Positions 27,091 to 37,335 of a stretch of DNA of 41,558 nt are shown one piece after another; the stretch's first letter is position 1; the number at the start of each line of letters is the position of its first letter. The stretch spans positions 62,001-103,558 of the forward strand of contig CAJVPI010000005.1 in assembly GCA_910592345.1 (NCBI GenBank), in the 5' to 3' direction. The notes below the pieces were generated by a model, which searched no databases, was not told the DNA's origin, and saw only the letters and a program-made list of their open reading frames with translations. Position numbers and translations under genes: made by a program. The stretch comes from Paraglomus brasilianum (taxonomy: Eukaryota).

Positions 27091-27592
27091 TTTGTTTGGC
27101 CATTATTCTACAACTGTAATATAGTCCGACGTTGTTGAAAGAGGCATTGTGCATGCAGTTATCTCAAAAGTTGTTGTAATAATTGCACTGCTAAGTACGT
27201 TAAACTATAGCTCGAAACATAAGCTTTGTTTTGTATTTGACGCGTTGTAAATTGCATGCGTACATAATGCGCTAGACGTGTTTATGTCGCGCGTAAACAA
27301 CCACACCAGGATACAAAACCCAAGGGGAGAAACCGGGCTTGGATTAAGCCCGTCCTTCGGATTTGGCCCACAGCCGTTGTTGGAATGAAAGAGTATGGTA
27401 TGAGTATGGAAGTTGAACGAACAGCCGTTGCATAGCTGATATGCCGATTTTGGCTACAACGCAATGACATCTCGATACGATCCGTTTTCTTATCCTGACC
27501 GTACATCATGGAAGTCACGGGACTGCCAATTTTTGTGGCAATCGCTATAACGTTAATATTAAAGGGATGGGAGACCCTAATCGAAATACAAA

Positions 27593-28955
27593 ATGGCCAA
27601 CCTTTACAAAACTCTCCTTATTTTCATACATGGTTTCAGGGGAAGTGACAAAACCTTCAAGGTAATCAAGTAAAGAACACATCAAAGACCCGCAATTGCA
27701 AAATGGAATAGAGAATTCAAACAAAACAACTTTGTTTCTACTATTACAACTGGTAATGCAACAACCTTTACACCCACATCAATACTCTCGAATAATACTC
27801 TCACCTTTCTTTACTCAAAAGGACTTTCCAGAAGACCTTGAGAAACTTATTCCAAATTCCAAGTCAATAGTCTACCCACGCTATGAGACACGTGGTGACC
27901 TGAACAGGGCCGTTCGAACGCTCTGTGAATGGTTGGAGAAGAGGGTGGCTGAGCATCAAACATACAACACTGAAGTCGTCGTATGTCTGCTTGGTCACTC
28001 AATGGGTGGGATAGCGGGCGCAGAAGCAATACTAGCATATACAGACAACACGAATTGTCCGATCAAGTTCATTGGATTAATTGCATACGATACCCCGTTT
28101 TTTGGTGTTCACAAGAACGTTCATACGTCGGGTATGTTCCATGGTCGCGTAATCGAATCTATTACAGGCAATTCTGGTTCTAACAATCTCATATGTTCGA
28201 TATCTTGTAGCCGCTAATCGCGTACAAACGGTGACAAGAGACGCCATGGAAACCTATTCAACCATTTCCTCTGCCTTTACCAAATCATCTACGAATGCGC
28301 CCAAGCCAAGATCGTCCGAGACCACAACCAAAACCGTCACAAGCGGAACGGGAACTTCTAAAAAGAAATCCTTTGGCTTATGGGAAACGCTGGCGACAAC
28401 TGCGGTGGTTGCTGTTGGCGGATACGCTGCTTATTCGAATAGAGAGAAATTGAGCGAAACTTTGAAATGGGTTGGAGATCATTTGGAATACGTTTCTGTA
28501 CTTGCGGACGAAGATGAATGTCAGAGACGGTAGGTTTGAATAATTATCGTCTTGATTTTTGAAATTGGTATAAATACTGAATACTAATCGGGGCATTGAT
28601 AACAGAGTCGATGGTATATTAGAACATTCCGATGAAATCGTATTTCGTTGCTTTTACACAATGGTAAATGACAATTTCAGATCTTTTAATTTAACTCGCC
28701 CTTTTTACAATACGCTTATTCTAATCTTCGTCTTAATTTGTTCAGATTCCTTCAACAGTTGCTGGCACACCATCGCGCACATTTATCACGCTGCCGCCCA
28801 AACCAATTCCACCGTACTTTATTGCTATCAGCAATCAATCTCGCGATGAGATTGACGCTCACGTCACTATGTTCCAGCCAGAAATAAATCAGCATTATAA
28901 CCGGCTGTTACAGGCGACTACCAAATTGGTGACGAAGAGGCTGCAACAAATGTGA
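27593..28955 (+). CDS. Alpha/beta hydrolase (putative lipase/esterase, DUF676-like), multi-exon
   Basis: LLIFIHGFRGSDKTFK|DFP, YPRYETRGDL, nucleophile elbow LGHSMGG, IAYDTPFFG, a hydrophobic segment and DEIDAHVTMF. TGA at 28953-28955. Confidence 0.87.
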
Positions 28956-29989
28956 GAACGTTACATAAGGATAGTGAACAGTATGTTCTATCTTGGATAG
29001 AATTCTCTCAATTGAGTAAAATATTCCTTTGATCTTTTGTTTATTTATTGTAAGTTGGGGATTATTCAAGTAATAGATTAAATTTAAAAGTTGAATGCGC
29101 CTGTCTTTAGAAGTCTCGCATCTTTCCCTTATTATTCTCCAAGCTAGATTGAGTATGGCACCCAACGACCTTTACGTTGAAGCAAGTGTGAGTCGTAAAT
29201 ATACTTGTATCGTTTTACATTCCCATATCATACTTGAATCGGGATATAAATTTGAACCAATAGAACCTTGTTCAATTATGTGTATTGCTGGTCACTACCA
29301 GGATTTTACTGAATCAATGATACACGTAAAATAGACTCCAGTTTGCTAAATTTGTTCATTTTTATATGCGCTAATATACCATATTTTTCCATCTGATCAT
29401 CTGCCTTTTGCAAATTTCGGTTAGCGAAAGTCCCGAAACATAATATTGGCACCCAAGGGTACGAGCAACGTCTTTGGCAAAGTTTCACTCAACAAGCCAA
29501 AACACAGCATGAGCAAGACATTCAAGCTGCCCTAAGGGTAGAAGGAAAAAGTTGACAGAAGTCATACAATCAAGTTATGTCAGCTGTGAGTATTAATAAT
29601 CTGATTGATATTATATTCTTTCTTTTTGCATAAAGTAATCAATTAAATCGAATTTTAGAATCAGCTAAGGCTCAATTTATAAGAACTTGTTCGAGACGGA
29701 AAAAAAGGTCAGCCCTATTATGTATGACTTATAGTACAGTGCCAAAAAAGAGAATGTTTCATACCGGCACAACAACTCAAGTGACTCATCCAAACAACTC
29801 CTCTCCCGCCTCATATCAAGCCAATCAGTAATAGCAGTTCTTTGTCTCTTACGCACGACGCGACGATGATGTCACGTGGAATGACTCTCGAAGAATGGGT
29901 AGTAATAGAATATTATTTATTAGGGATTGGAAGTTACTTCGGCTGGAGTTGGAGTCAAAGGATATTGGCCTTAACCATTCCTCAACTTC

Positions 29990-30600
29990 CTTGAGTGGTA
30001 GATGTACCACACACCATCTCGCAACGACAGAAAGGCCTCTCGTTCTTATGTTATTTTCTTGCGGGGATTGGAAACAAACATATCAGCTCATTGAAAAAGG
30101 ATATTGCGATGTTTCTAAATAATTCAGGTACGTCTGATCAAGCAATTGATACCTTATCTAACATGCAGTTGGTTCTACGTCAAGGGAGATCGACGTGAGA
30201 AAAATATTATATCTTCTATTCACAGAGATAATGTGACGAGGTCTTGTAAAGCATCGGATTAATGCCATAATCGTTAATATCGATGATTATTATTATCATA
30301 ACATTCATGGTCTACGAATTCCCACAACTGCGTCAACTAGTACAGTTGCACACATGACTACAGTCCTTGCGATCCCAATACCTACAGCAACTGCGATTCC
30401 AAGAAATGTTGAAGATGATGTATATGCAAGCATACATAACCCACGAATTGTTGATAATAATAATAACATTTTGATCACTAAAATAGAAGATCGATTTATG
30501 GCTCAATCTTTTAATGATCGGTTTGCAAAGCAACATGCACGTTCCGAAAGTGATTTACTTGACAATCTAGCCGTTCATTGTTACGATATACTAATACGTA
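29990..30600 (+). pseudogene. Frameshifted remnant of a multicopy, probably transposon-derived gene family
   Basis: CYFLAGIGNKHISSLKKDIAMFLNNSGTSDQAIDTLSNM ... IIVNIDDY..HNIHGLRIPTT..STVAHMTT across broken frames. The family is not firmly identified. Confidence 0.45.
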
Positions 30601-32038
30601 GACTCATTAGTGAAGATAATCCTCAGGTTGATATTAATCAAGAAAACGTTGTTCAATCAACAGATGATGAACCTGAAAACTTGGCACAGCAACCATTATT
30701 TAACTTAGAAACAAAAAATCAGCATAATAATAATCGTGCATTCTTCCGACCGAAAATTTCGGATTTTGGTGTCGTACAAGAATAATTTCTATTTACGTCA
30801 CATGATAACGATGGCTTTATTATCGTGATAAGAATGCTTTGTAGACTATCTACTGTTTATTATCTGTCGATTCATTGTCATATAAGATTGCTGTCTCAAC
30901 GGGGTCCTCCCCTGTCTTCTGTATATGCTTTTTTCATTACCCAATATCTAACAGTCTTCTCTCCCTCTTTTGGCATATACTGACTGACCTTTGAGCATTT
31001 TTGATACAACTGACTGGTTTAAGCGGCATGTACGTCCAGAGGCACTTCGAATTTCCGCAGCACACGTTTCTTGACTGAAACTATGACTTTCCCTTTTACA
31101 TTCCTCAAAGATTTCTTTGAATTCTTGAAGGCTTTGGTGAGCTTGATCACCGATTTAGACCATTTTTCACTATCATCTTCCAACTTGCTAACAACTGCCC
31201 TTTTTGAACCTATAAACAAGAACTTTTCAGATATGAGAATCTGACTCTGACGAATTACGTATACAGATATTCATCAAGTGACATTAATCCTTCAGAATGA
31301 ACAATCATGGAGAAAGCTCAACGAGTGGTTCTCTAAATGTTATGTCTATAATAATAAGCAATTCAAAAAAATAAACATCAAAATAAAATGCAAGGCGCTG
31401 ACTGGCCTCGAAAAAAAAAAAAACTCTTTGTATTAAAGCGCAATCTTATGTTGGAAGCATTAGCAAACTTTTATACCGTTGAATAAATTTGTAATTTGTA
31501 TTAGTGTTATTATTATTATCATGTGAGCGGATTTTATTAAGGTAGTGGTCGCATCGTTACCGTAAATAAAATTTATTCTTGTACGACACAAATATCGGAT
31601 TATTTTGTCGGAAGAATGCACGATTATCAAATTTGTAAAATTAATTATTTTTTATTAGCCAATCATATTGATCTATCAACCAATCATATTAAAACTTGAA
31701 TTGACCAATCAGACAAATGTCTGGACAAGTGTTATTTCAGAAAACAAACAATATTTAATAAAAACCGACTACTACATGTTATTCATCTCTTACACGAACA
31801 CTTTCTTGTTGAACAGTCTGACTCTGTGTTTGACCTTCACTATTAACTAGCGCTAGACGTCTCATCACTTCAGTCAGAAATGCATCACAGTGAATGTATG
31901 CTGTATCCAACCATCAAAAATTTCGATTGCCTGGTTTGCAATTTCTCGTGACAGGTAAGCTCATCAATTAGCCCGAGAGATAAAAGGTTAAATCGTCTGA
32001 CTACCATAAATGACCAAACGTTCAGTTAATTATAAATA

Positions 32039-32306
32039 CAGTCAACCTCGATAAGTCGCCCAAGTGGGCTGGGTGGGCTATTTTGGCCGACTTATCACTT
32101 ACTGAGGGCACGTGACCTAACCGAATAATAAATTTAATGCAAAAAAACTATCTAGTACTAGAGTAGTTGTTTCATTGAATTAATTTGTTTCTTCCTTATT
32201 TGATTTTGTAAGTTGTTTCTTATTTGACACTGGTAATGTTGGCCGACATATCGAATAGTGAAAAAAGGGGCTGGAGACATTCGGCCGAATTATCGAGGTT
32301 GACTTG
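32039..32306. mobile_element. Non-autonomous pogo/Tc1-type MITE (~268 bp), TA target sites
   Basis: Left end TA|CAGTCAACCTCGATAAGTCG. Right end reverse complement TA|CAAGTCAACCTCGATAATTCG. No coding capacity. Confidence 0.85.
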
Positions 32307-32888
32307 TACAGCACACAAGTACCTTCATCACACAGAATCTTTACATAGACTTTTAGCCACAGACTTTTTCGTTTCTCCCATGATAAGAGTATGGATAAGT
32401 ATATACCCGGTTACAGTGTGACAACCGTTGTGCATAATTTGTGTGACAACATCGAAATAAATATCACTCTGAGCTTTTTGATCTGGGCCAGAACAATTGT
32501 ATCAAGTCGAAAATATAAATTTTGCACTATAATGACACGTTAATATGGACTCATGCTATATTGCACTGGGTTGTTGCCCAACTTTTTATTATAGCGAGCT
32601 TCGACTGTACACCTATAGCCCCTAAATGCACCATCGGGATTTGTTATTATCAGGAATTTATCCTGTCAGGTTGCACAACCAGACACGTCGTACAGTCCAT
32701 AATATTTCTATTTATGGAGGAAGGGATAATATTTGAGCCTGCACGCGTGCAGGTTGGCAGGTAAATTTCCGATCATCAATCCCGAGAATTTATCCTCCAA
32801 ATACGCACACATGATTTTTTAAGGATAAATTTAGTAATGTACTTAGCTCTAAGTCCCAAAGCGGGCTATAGTGTGAGGGAGTGCATTT

Positions 32889-34409
32889 ATGGACGAATTA
32901 AATGTAATATTCTCCTTGAAGTTTATATTAAACACTATAGAAGAGAAGCTGATGAGCTATTTTACAAACTTGTCAAGTGCCATGTCGAAGACTGGCGTTG
33001 GGCGAAGACAACATGCGTGGAAACTACTAGCAGTGACTGTTATACTCATGGCATTAATTACGTTTTCTTTAAACTTTATGGATATATATTCTAGCACCAC
33101 CGTGCCTATTATCGAAGACATTCCACCACCTCAACCGTTTGACAACGTCAAATTAGCACCATCTCCCTTCCTCGCGGAGTATGCACCTACCACATGTGAC
33201 ACTTCACTGCACAATAGCTTTCCCAGATATCGCACCTTCCGCCTCAGAGGTCCCCGCAATCGTGAAGTATTAATCTTCCGCTGGCTTCACTATGCCTTTA
33301 CTACCCAAAAAGAATTATCCTGGCCAGATGCTGCACGCGATCTCTGTCCCTATCCACCTGAGCTTGCACCATCTTTCCAGCGGATCTTTGGTAAATTTGC
33401 TCCTTCCCCGTACTCTGATATAACTATATGGCCTGCTGGATATGCACCATGCTTTTTCTGGACTCATCATGGGTCTGGAGAGCAAGGCACTTGTGAGGGA
33501 GGCACGAGTTGGAGAATAACGATGAACTTTACTCTGTGGCGTGAAGCAGACGTGATGCTAGTAGACTTTCCATATCTCCTCCGAGAGGATTACCCACCAT
33601 ACTATGACCTTGCACGCTTTCCGCCAAAAAACACAAACCAAGTTTGGTGGTTAAAACTCATAGACGAGGGTCTAGCATACGAGTGGTATGCCGGACTCAG
33701 AGGTTTCCGCGAATTGTTTGAAATGACCATGGGCCCTCCTGCACGGGTTTTTGACATATTCCAACCGACTTTTGGGATTGCTCGAGACCGTATGCCTGCG
33801 TTTTATAATACTGTTGTGCCCTTTGAGAAGAAAAAATCAGACGTTTTGGTTGCATGGATGAGTGGAAACTGCTATCCCAAGAACAATCGAAACGAATTCG
33901 TCGCCGACCTTATGAAGTATACCTCCGTCGATTCGTACGGCAGCTGTCACCACACCAAAGATGTACCTGAATATGTTCTCGAAAAGTACGGAGTTAAGCC
34001 TGAGGGCAATGCGACGGCACATTGGCAAGCCAACATGTTTGAAGTCAAGCGGGATACGCTGTCACCCTATAAATTTATATTGGCACTTGAAAATTCCAAC
34101 TGTATGGGCTATGTCACGGAGAAAGTCTATGATCCGATACTAATCGACGCCATCCCCATTTACATGGGCGCGCCGGACATTGATGCTTACGTTCCCCCGC
34201 ATTCAATTATAAAAGTGACGGACTTTAAGACGGTCAAAGAGGTTGCAGATTATATAGAAAAGGTGGCAAATAACAAGACTTTATATGAGAGTTATTTCGA
34301 GTGGAAAAAAGATAAGACTTATAATAGCTTCTGTGAAAAGTGTTGGAAGGGTGATAAATCGTACATGTGTAAATTCTTGGAAAGAGCTGAGTGGGTTGAT
34401 GAGTCTTAG
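32889..34409 (+). CDS. Alpha-1,3/4-fucosyltransferase (GT10), type II membrane, single exon
   Basis: N-terminal TM (LLAVTVILMALITFSL), AWMSGNC..NNRNEFV, VDSYGSC and the alpha-3 motif YKFILALENSNCMGYVTEKVYD...IPIYMG, plus YESYFEWK. The true start may be a downstream ATG. Confidence 0.92.
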   Translation: MDELNVIFSLKFILNTIEEKLMSYFTNLSSAMSKTGVGRRQHAWKLLAVTVILMALITFSLNFMDIYSSTTVPIIEDIPPPQPFDNVKLAPSPFLAEYAPTTCDTSLHNSFPRYRTFRLRGPRNREVLIFRWLHYAFTTQKELSWPDAARDLCPYPPELAPSFQRIFGKFAPSPYSDITIWPAGYAPCFFWTHHGSGEQGTCEGGTSWRITMNFTLWREADVMLVDFPYLLREDYPPYYDLARFPPKNTNQVWWLKLIDEGLAYEWYAGLRGFRELFEMTMGPPARVFDIFQPTFGIARDRMPAFYNTVVPFEKKKSDVLVAWMSGNCYPKNNRNEFVADLMKYTSVDSYGSCHHTKDVPEYVLEKYGVKPEGNATAHWQANMFEVKRDTLSPYKFILALENSNCMGYVTEKVYDPILIDAIPIYMGAPDIDAYVPPHSIIKVTDFKTVKEVADYIEKVANNKTLYESYFEWKKDKTYNSFCEKCWKGDKSYMCKFLERAEWVDES

Positions 34410-36074
34410 AAAAAGTATGGGGTATTGAATTTAGACTTAATTATAGAATTTCTTGTATTCTTTGAGTGAACCACTAATTAAATTATTCGTGAAAAACCCC
34501 ATAATTATTTCTATTACTTGAAATCTTCTTTTGCAGACTTGGTATCTGCTGATCTGAGCAATGAGACATAAGTGTTGTAGTGTTTGTTCTTATGGCGAAC
34601 GAAAAACACGCTTGTAAATTTTTGCTCGGTCGTTTACACAATTGTGTATTGTATTTTTCTGTCGGTTATACGATATGTAGCATCTGCATATATTTCTAGA
34701 TGAATTATTTGAGCGAGCGGAAGGTTAGGAGGGTGAATTGAGAGCATTTAAAATATGTGATACGTGACTGGTGACTAGCGGTGGATTATGAAGACGTTTA
34801 TTAATGTACATCGTAATGTAATCACTAGGGAGGGTGTAGAAGACTATGCTGAACCGAGTTTCAATATTAGATCTTCGTCTAGTACTTTTCAAAGACATTG
34901 TTGATTTGGTAAAGATGTGATTTATACTATAGTAATATGAAGCATAAAGAGCCATTTTCAAGAATTAACTACGCCTTAATTGACGCGGTTTATAAGAATA
35001 TCCCCGGTCAATTTTGATCTTCCCACAGTAGGGTGTTAGTAAGTCATTAAACAAGACGTGGAAAAGAAAATAAAAACTACTTCAGCGGCTTCTAAAGACA
35101 ATTTTAATAATTCCATTAGTCAAATGGAAATAATCAGGGTGGATGCTATATTGCAATACGCGGGTTGTGACGTATTTGATAAATTTCGTTACAGTCCCCG
35201 GCGAAAAGAATGGCGGACGGTTTTTTTTATATTAATCATTTTTATTATTTTAAATAGAAGACCAACACCAATGCTACATATTTTATTATTAGATCAACAA
35301 TTTGTTTGGCCTCCTTACCGAGTTGACCGCATCGGGACAGATATATATGTTGTCTTTCAGTTTTAAATTTATTCGATATTTCCCCGGTGAGTTCTTTATC
35401 GTATCGCCGGTAAAAATGTAAATCGCTTTCTCGTATCGGCGGTAAACAAATTCGATCTTGCCATCAAATTTGTAGGACCAAAGCATCATTCAATTGTGCA
35501 TAAACGCGTTTACTTCGATTTCAGCATCAGCCGCGACAATTATTATCGAAATCCTGTCCACAACGCATGCGATGTCAGGCTTTTTTTTTTTTTTCTTATT
35601 CACCACGCAATTAAAGCGGATATCATAGTGGACCAAGAAAAGCAAACGCACGTAAGGATACAAATTTTCTAAAGAATAATAATCTTCTGACATGTCTGAA
35701 ACAGAAGCGAGAGAAGAGACCGCCCAGAATAAAGAATAAATATCAATCAGTAATTTACAACGCAATTATTCGACTTACAAGTCATTAAGTCATGGCACAG
35801 TGTCTCATATAAAAAAGCAGCCCAATTAGGACATTCATATTCGTATTAATTAGGAAGTTGACCTCCAAAAATAAGCAACCAAAAAATTCTGATGATTTAC
35901 GGATCATATTTCAGATACTATTATAAAAAATTTCGATTATTGAGAACAAATTGATTTTTTAATAAATTGGCAAGTTTCGCAGATTTAAATGAAATGGTTT
36001 GCATTGATGGTGAAATTACAGAGGGCAAGATCGTATTCCTGAAATTAAACAAATGTTGGGTGAAAGAAATTGGC

Positions 36075-36250
36075 GCTTCCAAACATACAAGCCGTCTAGC
36101 CTGGTTATTCCTTCGAAAAATGTTTCTCAGGTTACTGACTAGCCAGCTAATAGCCCTGACTTGAACTCAATTGAAAATTTGTGGAGTATAGTTAAGAGAA
36201 ACGTGATGCCAAAAGATCTGAAAAATCGACTCTAATAAATTCAATGAGCT
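36075..36250 (+). mobile_element. Tc1/mariner transposase 3' fragment
   Basis: SKHTSRLA ... PANSPDLNSIENLWSIVKRNV (the SPDLNPIE motif), frameshifted. Confidence 0.8.
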
Positions 36251-36429
36251 GGTTGTTATTGAAAGTAATGGAGAGCGAATTCTATACTAAAATTTATTAA
36301 TAAAATCTACCCTTTTCTGTCATTCAAACAAGTTATTATTCGTGCTATTTGCTACATTAGTTATTATAGAATTGCCGGTTTTTTTTTTTTGAGGCGACTG
36401 TACTGTATAAATTTGTATAATAAAGATCG

Positions 36430-36632
36430 CAATATCAATAATTCAGTATACGACAAGGCGCTAAACCATGTCTTCTTATTGTCCACAAACAGTGGATCGT
36501 TATATGTCTCGATATAGTAATCTGCTGTAGCTGTGGACGTATGGAGGCTTGTCAAGAAGCCAATTACACTCCACTATAAGAGTAACTAATATTAATGGAG
36601 TTCTTAAATATAAAAGCGCTTTCTGTCGCATA
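36430..36632 (-). pseudogene. EXPERA/TMEM97-like (sterol-related) gene fragment
   Basis: VTLIVECNWLL / DYYIETYNDPLFVDNKKTWFSALSYTELLI matches the Y..F/Y.DPL....WF....E pattern. Frameshifted and truncated. Confidence 0.55.
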
Positions 36633-37335
36633 AACAAGCCTTTTCTTCCGTTCAACCTTAAAGACTTGATCACTATTGTCAGCAAATAAATATTAATAGT
36701 TGACTAGTTAAAAGACAAACAATGGCAGCAGCGTGCAAGAATCGCGTCAAATCCCCGAAAATAGATTGACTTTGTTAAAGGTAAAGGGTTTGGATTTACA
36801 AACGTACCTTGTCAAGACGTCAATTGTTTGTCAACGCGTATGATTAATTTATAATTGTCTCAAAGGCAAATGGACAAACTTCCGTCCTGCATCAAACATT
36901 CGTTTTCTATTATCTGATTTTTCGTCATCCAAAATATTTTAGGACCATGCGCCTATATTGTTTCTTGGTACATACATAACAGCAAACATTTAGTTTCTCT
37001 CAACAATCCATGCTTTAACATCTTGCTGTGAATGTACTGAAATTAAGGGTGGCGAATTGTTATTCAAAATGGGAAATAGGTGACGCCAAAACAAAGGCAT
37101 TACAAATATTTATTACCATTCAAAAAACCCGCACAAACTTTCCCGCGGTAGTTTGTAAGGACATTTTTTCAACTAGACATTTTTGAGTATTGTTAATACT
37201 AAGTACTAGTATCGTAAATGGTTCTGACAGAAGCTCCGGCTTTATAATGTACATTCGGTCAAATTAATTTCCATTTTATTACAATCCCTCATTGACAATC
37301 AGTCCTTTCAATAACAAGCGTCTTTGAACTTCACA

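Noticed and set aside
30870..31250. Lys-rich minus-strand reading frame with internal stop
   Set aside because: It looks like a coding remnant but no family could be assigned.
34725..35765. Short ORFs as a gene
   Set aside because: No in-frame splicing model or recognisable domain; possibly decayed sequence.
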